From a virus (lineage: Duplodnaviria; Caudoviricetes), in the IMG/VR virus record IMGVR_UViG_3300017706_001678, positions 1 through 58,312 of that record: a stretch of 58,312 nt of DNA. The stretch is one strand, 5' to 3'. The notes under the pieces were generated by a model. The model was not told the DNA's origin. It did not search any database and was given only the letters and a program-made list of their open reading frames with translations. This document shows positions 9,635 through 19,695 of the stretch, in pieces; the first letter of the stretch is position 1, and each line of letters opens with the position of its first letter. A program made the position numbers and the translations under genes.

Positions 9635-10359
9635 CTAAACTAGGAACACGAGTAACAAAACAAGCAGAAGAAGTAGCAGAACACGTAGAAACGTGGATTG
9701 ATGGTTATATTGAAAACCTCAAAAATAATGATTATAATCGTAAAAAGAGACTGATTAATCTTCTTAAGACATACAAAATTAAAAAGTCTGATTCTAAGTA
9801 TTTGGCTCAGTGGTTTGCAAATCTAAAGGATGAACTAGGAGAAGCAATTGACCACAAAGATCCAGATCTAGTGGAAGGTTATGATTTTCTTAGTCCAAGC
9901 AAACTAAAGAAACTTCATCAGTTTGTTTCTGAGATCTGTGAAGACTTCACGAAGTATTCTAAGATTACCAAAAAGAGGAAGACTAAGAAACCAGAAGATA
10001 TTGTCAAGACACTTAAGTACATGGAAACTTTTAAGTTTGGTAATTGTGACATTACTTCTTTTGATCCAGTAAAGATTCTAGAATGCAAATCTTTTGTTGC
10101 ATATAACACAAAAACTGGTGACGTATTTTATTACGAGACTGATGATGTGTTTGATGTGAAGGGAACTACTTTACAGAATTTTAATGTGGATAACTCTTTT
10201 GTAAAAAAGGTTGGAAGAACCTCAAATAAACTAATTCCAAAATGTGCAGAAATCGGGAGGGCTTTGGTGAAGTCAGAGTTACTTAACATTAAGACTAAAT
10301 CTAGAGAAGCCACCGGTAGGTTTAATAATACCACTGTATTAGTTAGGGTCCTGTCATGA
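9631..10359 (+). CDS. Hypothetical protein (T4-like, upstream of gp45)
   Basis: 242-aa ORF with ATGA overlap; VKGTTL and TGRFN motifs resemble a conserved T4-like hypothetical. Confidence 0.6.
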   Translation: MTKLGTRVTKQAEEVAEHVETWIDGYIENLKNNDYNRKKRLINLLKTYKIKKSDSKYLAQWFANLKDELGEAIDHKDPDLVEGYDFLSPSKLKKLHQFVSEICEDFTKYSKITKKRKTKKPEDIVKTLKYMETFKFGNCDITSFDPVKILECKSFVAYNTKTGDVFYYETDDVFDVKGTTLQNFNVDNSFVKKVGRTSNKLIPKCAEIGRALVKSELLNIKTKSREATGRFNNTTVLVRVLS

Positions 10360-10670
10360 AAATTAGAGACTTTAATTTTCGTGGAGATTTTAGATTAAAT
10401 CATCCATCGGGTAATTCGATTTCATATGAAAAAGGTGATGTTGTTTATCACGAAAGCAAGGCATATATTGCATCCAAAAGAATTTCTGGATCTTCTCCTA
10501 GTTTAGGAGAAAGGGTTGGTTGGATGTCGTTGTCAGATAGATCTGTTCTATATGAATCTAATACTGTGCCTTTCTATGCTAAAATTGGAGACGAGTGGTT
10601 TGATACAAGTAATGGAATTTTATACAAAAGAATAGAAAGTAATTCTGTTCAAATATGGGTTGAACTATGA
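10356..10670 (+). CDS. Small protein with a CBM5/12-like motif and a GDxW fibre module
   Basis: SYEKGDVVYHESKAY...W and GDEWFDTSNGILYKRI...WVEL. Confidence 0.55.
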   Translation: MKIRDFNFRGDFRLNHPSGNSISYEKGDVVYHESKAYIASKRISGSSPSLGERVGWMSLSDRSVLYESNTVPFYAKIGDEWFDTSNGILYKRIESNSVQIWVEL

Positions 10671-10861
10671 AGAAGAAAAATAAAAGATTTTTTGAAGACA
10701 AGACACATAAAAAGGCAACTAGATCTACGGAAAGGAAAGAGAGCAAATCTCGAAGACACCAGACCAAGGATATTTTACACGATTTGTCCAGCAGAAGTCT
10801 TGACAAAGATCGAGTATATGATATGATGGATGAACTAGAAGATACAGAATGGAGCAACTAA
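10667..10861 (+). CDS. Small basic hypothetical protein
   Basis: ATGA/TAATG coupled to neighbouring genes; 64 aa. Confidence 0.55.
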   Translation: MKKKNKRFFEDKTHKKATRSTERKESKSRRHQTKDILHDLSSRSLDKDRVYDMMDELEDTEWSN

Positions 10862-11568
10862 TGCATATTTCTAGAGAAACACTTTCGATTCTCAAAAACT
10901 TTAGGGATCTGAATTCTAACATTCTAATCAGTCCCGGTAATGTGATTAAAACACTGACTGGTGCAAAGAATGTTATGTCAACTGCAGTCGTACATGAAGA
11001 TTTTCCTGTTGAATTTGGTATTTGGGATCTCACCAGTTTTCTTGGTACGGTTTCGCTTTTCGATGATCCTGATTTTGATTTTCATGAGAAGTTTGTGACC
11101 ATCACGAATGGTAAGTCATCTAAGGTCAAATACTTTTACTCAGAACCAACTCTTCTTACAGTACCAACTAAAGATGTTGTTATGCCTAGTACTGTTGTTT
11201 CACTAACCCTAGACGAATCTGCGTTTAGTGAACTCAAGAAGGCTGGATCTGTTCTGGGACTTACTGACTTGACAATTAAGTCTGATGGTTCCGATGTATC
11301 GGCTACTCTTTATGACAAGAGTAATGCTGGTAGCAATACCTATTCAATCTCTATTGATAATGTCGAGTTCGAAGATGGTGCAGTATTCAACTTCGATTTC
11401 AATATCGACAATCTTCGTTTTATTCCCGGTTCATATACGGTGAATATTGCAGAAAAAATTGTCAGTGAATTCGTAAATGCTGATGGTATTGATTTGACAT
11501 ATTGGGTTGCTCTAGAGGCAACTAGTTCATATACAATGGAAACTGTAACCACCGGAGCATCTGTCTGA
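10861..11568 (+). CDS. gp45: Sliding clamp gp45
   Basis: ISRETLSILKNF, FGIWDL..FL, YWVALE; upstream of gp44. Start could instead be 10849. Confidence 0.93.
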   Translation: MHISRETLSILKNFRDLNSNILISPGNVIKTLTGAKNVMSTAVVHEDFPVEFGIWDLTSFLGTVSLFDDPDFDFHEKFVTITNGKSSKVKYFYSEPTLLTVPTKDVVMPSTVVSLTLDESAFSELKKAGSVLGLTDLTIKSDGSDVSATLYDKSNAGSNTYSISIDNVEFEDGAVFNFDFNIDNLRFIPGSYTVNIAEKIVSEFVNADGIDLTYWVALEATSSYTMETVTTGASV

Positions 11569-12497
11569 TGGACCTATTTGTAGAGAAGTATCGACCAAAA
11601 ACAATCGAAGAGTGTATTCTACCAAGTGACCTGAAAAATACTTTTCGGGAGATGGTAAAGAGTGGAGTTGCACAGAATATTTTGCTGTGTGGCTCTGCTG
11701 GTACTGGTAAAACCAGTGTAGCACGAGCACTTTGTAACGATTTAAATGCAGAGTATATTTTGATTAATTGCTCTGAAGATAGAAACATCGACACACTTCG
11801 TGTGAAGATTCGTGATTTTGCGAGTACGGTTTCATTGAATGGAAACCAAAAGGTCGTAATTCTAGATGAGTTTGATTACTCAAATGCAAACTCAATTCAA
11901 CCTGCTCTTCGTGGTGCAATTGAAGAGTTTGCAGGTAATTGTAGATTTCTCTTAACCTGCAACTACAAGAATCGAATTATCGCACCTATCCACTCTCGAT
12001 GTACAAACATTGAGTTTAGTATTCCATCGACAGAAAAACCTTTCCTTGCAAAGGCTATGATGGAACGAATCCAGTTTATTCTTGAATCTGAGTCAATTCC
12101 ATTCGATAATGGAGTGCTGGTAAAATTGATCATGAAGTATTTCCCTGACATTAGGAGAATGCTAAATGAGATTCAGAGATATTCTGTGTCTGGTCAGATT
12201 GATGTTGGTATTCTTTCTAACTTCGAGAATATCAAGATCCAAGATCTTGTAGATGCAATGAAAGACAAGAACTTTACGGATGCTAGGAAATGGATTGTTT
12301 CTAATCTAGACAATTCTCCTCCCGAAATGTTCCGTAAAATTTATGATACTATGTATCAGAGTCTAGACAAGAACTCTGTTCCAGAAGCAATTCTTATTAT
12401 TGCTGAGTATCAGTACAAGGCTGCTTTTGTTGCAGATCAAGAAATTAATTTTGTTGCGTGTGTTGTCGAACTTATGATGAGGTGTGAATTCAAATGA
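11568..12497 (+). CDS. gp44: Clamp loader large subunit gp44
   Basis: VEKYRP, GSAGTGKT, ILDEFD, SRC, YFPDIRR, ADQEIN. Confidence 0.96.
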   Translation: MDLFVEKYRPKTIEECILPSDLKNTFREMVKSGVAQNILLCGSAGTGKTSVARALCNDLNAEYILINCSEDRNIDTLRVKIRDFASTVSLNGNQKVVILDEFDYSNANSIQPALRGAIEEFAGNCRFLLTCNYKNRIIAPIHSRCTNIEFSIPSTEKPFLAKAMMERIQFILESESIPFDNGVLVKLIMKYFPDIRRMLNEIQRYSVSGQIDVGILSNFENIKIQDLVDAMKDKNFTDARKWIVSNLDNSPPEMFRKIYDTMYQSLDKNSVPEAILIIAEYQYKAAFVADQEINFVACVVELMMRCEFK

Positions 12498-12784
12498 AAG
12501 ATTTAAAAGCGTTGGGTATTAATGTTGTAGTCAAAACTGATCTGCAGCGACATGAGTTTACTAATGATCAAGGTATCATTTACAGAGAAAGTCAATTAGA
12601 CGGTGCAAATGCCAACGTCTGGAGTGAAGTTCATTCTGTGGGTCCAGATGTTATACTAGACATCTCTGAGGGTGATTGGGTTTGTTGGAGACTGGATTCT
12701 GCTGTTGGACATTATATAGTAGATGACATTCCATATGATCTAATTCCCTTTACCGAACTACTTATTGCACGGAATCCTGACTGA
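12494..12784 (+). CDS. GroES-like co-chaperonin
   Basis: LKALGINVVVK...QGIIY...EVHSVGPDV...EGDWV; 96 aa, GroES length and pattern. Confidence 0.6.
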   Translation: MKDLKALGINVVVKTDLQRHEFTNDQGIIYRESQLDGANANVWSEVHSVGPDVILDISEGDWVCWRLDSAVGHYIVDDIPYDLIPFTELLIARNPD

Positions 12785-13173
12785 TGCAACTGAAAGATTT
12801 TCTCAAATCAATCAATGATACAAAGGAGAATATTATAGACGCTGACAGTAATTGTGAGCGTCTATACCCTCCATTTATTGTGAATAGATGTTTGTCATAT
12901 TTCACTGACACCATTCTATACAGCAATGAAATGAATATAAATCATCAGATTGACCATAAAATGCAGTATGACTACTACATTAACTCTGTACGAAAGCGTA
13001 AGCGATTTAGTCGCTGGCTTAAAAACGAGTCTACTGACGATCTAGATCTGATTAAGTTTCACTATAAGTATTCCGATATCAAAGCAAAGGAAGCACTTAG
13101 CATTCTTGGATCTGAAGGAGTACAGAAGATCCGAGACATGTATGGAAAGTCCGTTAAGACACCAAAAACCTAA
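12784..13173 (+). CDS. gp62: Clamp loader small subunit gp62
   Basis: YPPFIVNRCLS...NEMN...QYDYYINSVRKRKRFSRW...YKYSDIKAKEAL. Confidence 0.93.
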   Translation: MQLKDFLKSINDTKENIIDADSNCERLYPPFIVNRCLSYFTDTILYSNEMNINHQIDHKMQYDYYINSVRKRKRFSRWLKNESTDDLDLIKFHYKYSDIKAKEALSILGSEGVQKIRDMYGKSVKTPKT

Positions 13174-13208
13174 ATATATGAGCCTAATACTTATAGGGAC
13201 TCATAGTT

Positions 13209-13607
13209 ATGGAAGAAAATGATGTATTTGATGGACTTGGGGTTGAGATTGAATTAAAGTCACCTGAAGACTTCCTTAAAATTAGAGAGACGCTTACTCG
13301 AATAGGGGTCTCGTCTAGAAAAGAAAAGAAGTTATATCAATCTTGTCATATATTACACAAGAGAGGTAAATATGCTATTTTACACTTCAAAGAGTTTTTT
13401 ATTCTGGATGGATTAGAAAGCGATATATCAGAAAGTGATATAGGAAGAAGAAATAAAATATGTAAATTACTTGAAGAGTGGGGATTAGTTGTTATACTAG
13501 ATGACGATATAGAGCCAATGGCTAGTATGGCTCAAATTAAAATAATTCCTCATAAACAAAAGGAGGAATGGGAATTAGTTCCTAAATATCATATAGGAAG
13601 AAGGTAA
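13209..13607 (+). CDS. regA: Translational repressor RegA
   Basis: DFLKIRETLTRIGV...LYQSCHILHKRGKYAILHFKE...WELVPKYHIG. Confidence 0.96.
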   Translation: MEENDVFDGLGVEIELKSPEDFLKIRETLTRIGVSSRKEKKLYQSCHILHKRGKYAILHFKEFFILDGLESDISESDIGRRNKICKLLEEWGLVVILDDDIEPMASMAQIKIIPHKQKEEWELVPKYHIGRR

Positions 13608-13613
13608 TTTATC

Positions 13614-14330
13614 ATGAAACTTATTGTGAAAATGGCGACTCGAAGTCGTCCCGAAAAATTTAAAACTGTACTCCAGCAATATATCGATTTTCTATCTGGA
13701 GAAAACGAAGTTCGTTTTGTTATATCATGTGATCTCGATGACGAGACAATGAACACCGATGAGATGCGGGAATGGTTCAAAGAAACACAGAAGTCGGTGG
13801 ATCTTGTATATCGTTACGGTCATTCAAAAACTAAAGTAGAAGCATGTAATGCAGATCTGGAGGACGAAGAGGGCGACGTATTGCTTGTCGTGTCTGACGA
13901 TATGATTCCTGCTGCAATGAATTATGATTCAATTATTGCACAAGGATTCACTGAAGTTTTTCCTAATTACGATGGTGCAATTAAATTCAACGACGGGCTT
14001 CGTAATGACGCTTTGATGACACTACCATGTCTTGGTTGGAAGTTATACAAGGCAATTGGACATTGTTACCACCCGGATTACACATCTCTTTATTGTGATG
14101 ATGAACAAACTAGACTTTGTGGTATGTTGGGTAAACTTGCAGTATGTGAGATGATCATTGCAAGACATGAGTGGATTCCCGGTGATCATGAAAATGCAGA
14201 CGATCTACACAAAAGAAATGAATCTTACTATGGTGTAGATGGTGAAGTTTTCAAGCGAAGAGCCGAAAACAATTTTGATGTTGATGAAGTCAGAGAACGT
14301 TTGGGACTACCAGTTCCAGCTAAGTCTTGA
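13614..14330 (+). CDS. Glycosyltransferase, GT-A fold (GT2-like)
   Basis: ATRSRP, CDLDD, VSDDM (DxD-like), YCDDE. Confidence 0.75.
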   Translation: MKLIVKMATRSRPEKFKTVLQQYIDFLSGENEVRFVISCDLDDETMNTDEMREWFKETQKSVDLVYRYGHSKTKVEACNADLEDEEGDVLLVVSDDMIPAAMNYDSIIAQGFTEVFPNYDGAIKFNDGLRNDALMTLPCLGWKLYKAIGHCYHPDYTSLYCDDEQTRLCGMLGKLAVCEMIIARHEWIPGDHENADDLHKRNESYYGVDGEVFKRRAENNFDVDEVRERLGLPVPAKS

Positions 14331-14352
14331 TTTACTATATTATTGGTTAGTG

Positions 14353-15042
14353 ATGAAAATTTTAATCATACAGCCGGGTAGACTCGGTGATATTCTTATA
14401 TGTTTGCCGATTGCTAAGTTCTATAAAGATCTTGGTCATGAGATTTACTGGCCTGTTCTTTCTGAATACTCAGATACATTTAACAATATAGATTACGTTG
14501 AACCAATTGAAATTTTTTCTGGTATAGGTAATTGTGTTTCTGAGTGCTATAAAATGACTGGTGATTATGATAAGGTAATAGATTTAAGTTTTGGATTTCC
14601 GGGAAGTCAAGTAAATAGTTATCATATGAATACTGAATATGCTTCTAATTTTGTAGAAGCAAAATATAAATTATCTTCTGTTCCATATGAGAACAGATGG
14701 AATTTATCATTTACTAGAAACTTAGAGAAAGAAAATTCATTATTTAAATTAAAGGTAAGTGAAACACCATATACCCTAGTACATGATACTGGTTCTTCGG
14801 GTAGGTTGATAACTTTTAATGATCCTCACATTGTAGTTCAGCCTATTTCTGGTTATAATATATTTGATTGGTATAAAGTAGCAAATGAATCAAGTGAAAT
14901 TTACTGCATAGATAGTTCCTTTTGTCATTTCATAGAAACAGTAAAAGAATTTAAAGACAAGAAGAAATACTTTGTGGATGTTAGAAACAATATACCGTGG
15001 ACTAAAACTATATGGAAGAATAATTGGAATATTATAAAATGA
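14353..15042 (+). CDS. Glycosyltransferase, GT9 (heptosyltransferase)-like
   Basis: MKILIIQPGRLGDILICLP N-terminus and IDSS motif; ATG at 14353 preferred over 14239. Confidence 0.7.
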   Translation: MKILIIQPGRLGDILICLPIAKFYKDLGHEIYWPVLSEYSDTFNNIDYVEPIEIFSGIGNCVSECYKMTGDYDKVIDLSFGFPGSQVNSYHMNTEYASNFVEAKYKLSSVPYENRWNLSFTRNLEKENSLFKLKVSETPYTLVHDTGSSGRLITFNDPHIVVQPISGYNIFDWYKVANESSEIYCIDSSFCHFIETVKEFKDKKKYFVDVRNNIPWTKTIWKNNWNIIK

Positions 15043-15539
15043 CAATTGAAACAATAGAATTTAAAAATAAACTATATCCAAAATTTCAGAGTGAGGGTAA
15101 TGCATCTAAATTTGCAATACCTTTTGCTCAACATGTATGTCGAGGAATCGGGGTAGATATAGGGTGTGCTAAAAAGGAATGGGCATTTCCCGGATCTAAT
15201 CTAGTTGATCCCGCTATTAATGAATATAATGCTTCTAATTTTCCGTATGAAAATTTAGATTATATTTTTTCTTCTCATTGCTTAGAGCATATTCCATCGT
15301 GGGTTGACACAATGGAATATTGGTTTAGTAAATTGAAAGGTGGTGGAGTTTTATTTTTATACTTACCCGACTATAGTCAGGAATATTGGAGACCGTGGAA
15401 TAATAAAAAACATTTAAATATATTCACTTCTGATATAATTTATGATTATATGAAAGACAATGGTTATTGTAATATATTTAAATCTGGTGTTGATTTAAAT
15501 AATAGTTTTATGGTTTTTGGTGAAAAGGAAAATAAATGA
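15039..15539 (+). CDS. Class I SAM-dependent methyltransferase (type 11-like)
   Basis: GVDIGC, DYIFSSHCLEH, LKGGGVLFLYLP. Confidence 0.85.
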   Translation: MTIETIEFKNKLYPKFQSEGNASKFAIPFAQHVCRGIGVDIGCAKKEWAFPGSNLVDPAINEYNASNFPYENLDYIFSSHCLEHIPSWVDTMEYWFSKLKGGGVLFLYLPDYSQEYWRPWNNKKHLNIFTSDIIYDYMKDNGYCNIFKSGVDLNNSFMVFGEKENK

Positions 15540-15985
15540 GTTTTTCTGATTTAAAAAGTAGAGTTGTTTGGACCAATGGGTGTTTTGATATTTTGCATCG
15601 TGGTCATATTGAAATGTTTAAAGGATGCTTTGAACTTGCTGGTCCCGAAGGTGTGGTTGTTGTTGGTGTAGATTCTGATGAAAGAGTAAAATCTTTGAAG
15701 GGAAATGACAGACCCTTTAATACTATTGGAGATAGAGTAGAAATATTAAGGGCATTGAAACTGATTGATGTTGTTGATGTGTTTTCTACTGATGAAGAAC
15801 TTAAGGGATTGATTAGTGAAGTACATAAACCAGATATTATGGTAGTAGGAGAAGAATATAAACACCAGACAGTCATTGGATCTGAATTTGTGGATGAGGT
15901 TAGTTTCTTTCCTAGACTTGGTAAATATTCAACAACTGATATTTTAGAATATCAAGGAGTAATAAATGAAAATTCTAAAAGGTAA
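15536..15985 (+). CDS. Cytidylyltransferase-family nucleotidyltransferase (HldE/RfaE C-terminal-like)
   Basis: WTNGCFDILHRGH, DSDERVKSLKGNDRP, YSTT. Confidence 0.9.
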   Translation: MSFSDLKSRVVWTNGCFDILHRGHIEMFKGCFELAGPEGVVVVGVDSDERVKSLKGNDRPFNTIGDRVEILRALKLIDVVDVFSTDEELKGLISEVHKPDIMVVGEEYKHQTVIGSEFVDEVSFFPRLGKYSTTDILEYQGVINENSKR

Positions 15986-16772
15986 TACTGATGCTAATGG
16001 TACATGCTACGGTCATTGTGGAGATACGTTCAGAGAACTAGTTGATATATGGGAAGAACTTGGTCTATGTGAAGTGCAAGATAGTCCAGACTGTTTTTGT
16101 TGGGTAGAAGAGTGTGGTGATGTATTACTATACGATTTTCCCAGATTAGATGATCGACATATTCCCAAATTCCGTCATGGTATTTTTGGTAATACTGTCC
16201 CAATGCATCCAAATTGTCATCCTTGGATCTTTTGGGCTAGAAGTCCTCGTCGCCTAATGGAAGCAAGAAAGACTCCGTTGTTGGGTTATGTGGATCGGGA
16301 CATAGAATCTATCTTCTTGGGTAAGATTGAAAATGGTGTTCAGAATCAGAATAGAAAAAGCAAAGACTGGGAACGAGCAGGTATAGAACTTTTTCATTGT
16401 CCTGTTGACAAGCCGGGACCAAACCACTACCCATTTACAAAAGAAGAGTACCTAGAAAAACTACGACACTCGAAGTTTGGACTATGCCTTGCTGGGTATG
16501 GTCCCAAGTGCAATCGGGAGATCGAACTTCTTGGTATGGGTGTCGTCCCACTCTTTGCTACTGAAGTTGATAATACATACCATGAACCAATGAAAGAAGG
16601 AGTTCATTTCCTTCGTGTGGATTATCCCAGTCAAGTCAAACCACTAATCGATTCAGTCAGTGAGAGTCAGTGGCAAGACATGCACGATGCGGGACAGGAC
16701 TGGTATAATAGGAACGCATCACCAGAGGGTGCTTTTAATGTGACTAAAACTATTGTGGAAAACTTAGGATGA
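15966..16772 (+). CDS. Glycosyltransferase, GT-B (exostosin/GT47-like)
   Basis: EYLEKLRHSKFGLCLAGYGPKCNREIELLGMGVVP. Confidence 0.7.
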   Translation: MKILKGNTDANGTCYGHCGDTFRELVDIWEELGLCEVQDSPDCFCWVEECGDVLLYDFPRLDDRHIPKFRHGIFGNTVPMHPNCHPWIFWARSPRRLMEARKTPLLGYVDRDIESIFLGKIENGVQNQNRKSKDWERAGIELFHCPVDKPGPNHYPFTKEEYLEKLRHSKFGLCLAGYGPKCNREIELLGMGVVPLFATEVDNTYHEPMKEGVHFLRVDYPSQVKPLIDSVSESQWQDMHDAGQDWYNRNASPEGAFNVTKTIVENLG

Positions 16773-16774
16773 AA

Positions 16775-16802
16775 TTGAAGATCTAAATGAAGAAAGTATA
16801 CT
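16775..16802 (+). promoter_or_regulatory. Possible sigma70-type promoter within the glycan cluster
   Basis: TTGAAG-N16-TATACT in a 51-bp gap. Confidence 0.35.
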
Positions 16803-16823
16803 ATACGTGGAGTTAAATAGGTA

Positions 16824-17486
16824 ATGAAAATTTGTAGTATTATAACAGGCGTAATTAGACCTAATGTGGATCGTGTTTTTGAAAATATCAAAACCACTCT
16901 GTCAACCCTATCTGATTATAATTGTACACATTATGCCCTCACATATGAAACTGAAGAATATAAAAAACTCAAAACTCTCATAGACAACAGTGACTTAAAC
17001 ATAGAACTGATTTCTATCGATCCCATACTGGAAACTATAGGAAACTATAATGGTAATAATTATAGGATGTTTCGTTGTATTGAGATCCTGTGTAAACATG
17101 TGGATATAACAGAGGGTTTAGATTCGTTTGATTGTATTATTAGGCATCGAATTGACTGTGAGTTAAATAGTATAGAAATACCAAGTATTATGGAACATAA
17201 CACTTGGTATGCACCGGATTTACCTTGGGGTATATTTGACAATATTGGTATTACTTCCCCTGATATCTTTAGAAAAATTTTCACAACGCAGGAAAAGACG
17301 TTCCTAGAAAAAAATCCACATGATACTTTAGATGCTAGTATTGGAGACGTTGGTGTTATTAAAAAACCCTTCAACTTCAAAAAAACTTTATATCAAAGTA
17401 ATGATGAATTTGTAATGGGAGTACGTCAGTGGTCAAGAAAAAATAGAGTTTTTGAATACGATGGGAAATGGGTGAGCATTCATTGA
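16824..17486 (+). CDS. Hypothetical glycan-cluster protein (possible GT-A-like)
   Basis: MKICSIITGVIR...FDCIIRHRID pattern resembles glycan-locus proteins; cluster context. Confidence 0.5.
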   Translation: MKICSIITGVIRPNVDRVFENIKTTLSTLSDYNCTHYALTYETEEYKKLKTLIDNSDLNIELISIDPILETIGNYNGNNYRMFRCIEILCKHVDITEGLDSFDCIIRHRIDCELNSIEIPSIMEHNTWYAPDLPWGIFDNIGITSPDIFRKIFTTQEKTFLEKNPHDTLDASIGDVGVIKKPFNFKKTLYQSNDEFVMGVRQWSRKNRVFEYDGKWVSIH

Positions 17487-18871
17487 ATACGATAGTAACA
17501 CTCTCTGGTAGCTCTGGTGTTGGAAAAACAACTTTGTCCGAATTGATTTCTTTAGTGATTGGTCCAGACAAAGTTGTAAATCTGTGTGGTGATGATTTAC
17601 ATTTGTGGGAAAGAAACGATGAAAACTGGAAGAATACAACACATTTAAATCCCGAGTCTAATAATATCGAAGGTGGATATCAAGATTTGATTTCTCTGTC
17701 AAACAACAACCCAATAAAACGGTGTAGGTATAACCATGATACTGGAAAGTTTGATCCTCCAGAGTTAATTGAACCAAAATCATATATTGTTTATGAGGGA
17801 CTTCATGCCTTGTTTGGTGATGTGAATGAAATATCGGATATAAAAATTTTTGTTGAAACTGACAAGGGACTCAAACGTCAGTGGAAAATGAACCGCGATA
17901 CACAAAAAAGAGGATATACCGTTGAACAGGTTAAAGATACCTTGGATAGAAGAGAAAAAGATGAACTATTATACATTCAACCTCAAAAAGAAAATGCTGA
18001 TGCCGTAGTTAGGTTCGAAGAGAAAAAAGACAGAACAGTTCATCTAGAATATACTGCACAAACGGATAAGTCATTGAAACTACTTGAACGGGTTAAGAGA
18101 TTGTACGATATGCACAGAGAATTTCTTTCGTTGTGTAAGAAGACTTCTTTTGAATATGACCTCGTTCAACATGGTGGTGGTAATGTTTCTTATAAGTTCG
18201 AGGATAAAATTATCATAACATCATCCGGCAGAGACATGAGTGAGGTTCTTATGCTTGATGGTTTTAGTGCATGTGATTCTGATGGTTATTCTATTGACGA
18301 GAGTCGGGAACGACCATCTATGGAAGTAAAATTACATACCAAGATTAAGTGGCCTGTTGTCTTCCATACCCATCCGATTTATTTGAATACTATACTTTGT
18401 TCCGAACAATCCGAGGAAATTATTTCAAAAATTCTTAAAGAGTATGATTACGACTATGTTCCATATGTTACTCCGGGTGAATCCTTGTCAAATATTTTTG
18501 ACATTTTTTTGATGTTGGGTAAAATTAGTCAAGAAAATAAAATTATATTACTAGAAAATCATGGACTCATTTGTAGTGGTTCATCTTTTATTGAAGTATT
18601 TGATAACTCTCTTCGTGTGAATCAGTTGTGCAAAGAGTGGTTAATTAAAAATTCAAAGGCATTCAAAACTTTTTCGAAAGTAGAATTCGACAAACCAGTT
18701 GGTTTTCTGTTTCCTGATGCGGTCATCCTCAAAGACAAGATGCAAAATTTAAACCAGTACATGACATACATACAAGGTGATGTTGGACTAACTCCAAGAT
18801 TTTTATGTGACAATGAAGTTGAGAAACTATTAAGTATGGAAGAAGAAAAATACAGGATGGGTGTACTATGA
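17468..18871 (+). CDS. Fusion of a phosphoribulokinase/uridine-kinase-like P-loop kinase and a class II aldolase/epimerase
   Basis: N-terminus GSSGVGKTT, DDLH, YNHDTGKFDPPE, EGLH; C-terminus GGGNVS, RPSME, HTHP, LENHG (Zn histidines). Confidence 0.85.
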   Translation: MGEHSLNTIVTLSGSSGVGKTTLSELISLVIGPDKVVNLCGDDLHLWERNDENWKNTTHLNPESNNIEGGYQDLISLSNNNPIKRCRYNHDTGKFDPPELIEPKSYIVYEGLHALFGDVNEISDIKIFVETDKGLKRQWKMNRDTQKRGYTVEQVKDTLDRREKDELLYIQPQKENADAVVRFEEKKDRTVHLEYTAQTDKSLKLLERVKRLYDMHREFLSLCKKTSFEYDLVQHGGGNVSYKFEDKIIITSSGRDMSEVLMLDGFSACDSDGYSIDESRERPSMEVKLHTKIKWPVVFHTHPIYLNTILCSEQSEEIISKILKEYDYDYVPYVTPGESLSNIFDIFLMLGKISQENKIILLENHGLICSGSSFIEVFDNSLRVNQLCKEWLIKNSKAFKTFSKVEFDKPVGFLFPDAVILKDKMQNLNQYMTYIQGDVGLTPRFLCDNEVEKLLSMEEEKYRMGVL

Positions 18872-19695
18872 AAATTATCATACCAATGGCTGGATCTGGA
18901 CAGAGATTTATCGACAAGGGTTATTCTGATCCCAAACCTTTGATTAAGGTAAATGGGAAGATGATTATAGAATACATTCTTGAAATGTTTTCCCCGACTG
19001 ATGATTATGTTTTTGTGTGTAACGACGATCACCTCGAAAATACAAACATGCGAGAAGTGTTAATTGGTCTTGTTCCTGATGCAAAAATCGTTTCTATGCC
19101 TCCTCATAAATTGGGGCCTGTTTATAGTGTGAAACAGGTATATGATCATATAGAGGATGATGAAGAGGTTATAGTTTCATATTGTGATAACCCATACCTG
19201 TGGGACAGAAACGATTTTATACGACACATTAAGAATAATGAACTGGATGGATGTGTGATTTCTCACAGTGGGTTCCACCCTCACAGTTTAAATCACACCA
19301 AGATGGCTTTTATGAAAACCAAAGATGGATTGGTACGAGAAATAAAAGAGAAAGAGTGTTACACCGATGATCCCATGAACGAACACGCATCAACGGGAAC
19401 TTATTATTTTTCTAAAGGGAAGGATATAAAGAAGTATTTTGACCTTGCAATAGAAGAGAATGTTAGTTATAATGGTGAATATTACGTTACGCTCGTTTAT
19501 AATCTTTTCGTTAGAGATGGTTTGCGGGTTGGATATTATGATACCCCATTTGCAACTGTAATGGGAACACCGGAAGAAGTAGAAAATTTTGAGTCATGGG
19601 TAAGTATTTTGACCAAGGGACAAGTGAACTCAGAGGAAGACCTAGTAAAGTGTTATCGTTACTGGAAAGAATACCATGCAAGTGATCTTTGTTGA
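18868..19695 (+). CDS. Sugar-phosphate nucleotidyltransferase (NTP_transferase family)
   Basis: IIPMAGSGQRF...PKPLI...YCD...GEYYV...MGTPEE. Confidence 0.88.
   Translation: MKIIIPMAGSGQRFIDKGYSDPKPLIKVNGKMIIEYILEMFSPTDDYVFVCNDDHLENTNMREVLIGLVPDAKIVSMPPHKLGPVYSVKQVYDHIEDDEEVIVSYCDNPYLWDRNDFIRHIKNNELDGCVISHSGFHPHSLNHTKMAFMKTKDGLVREIKEKECYTDDPMNEHASTGTYYFSKGKDIKKYFDLAIEENVSYNGEYYVTLVYNLFVRDGLRVGYYDTPFATVMGTPEEVENFESWVSILTKGQVNSEEDLVKCYRYWKEYHASDLC

Noticed and set aside
17468-18100. Phosphoribulokinase as a Calvin-cycle auxiliary metabolic gene
   Set aside because: It is fused to an aldolase/epimerase and embedded among glycan genes, and no photosynthesis or carbon-fixation genes are in the window
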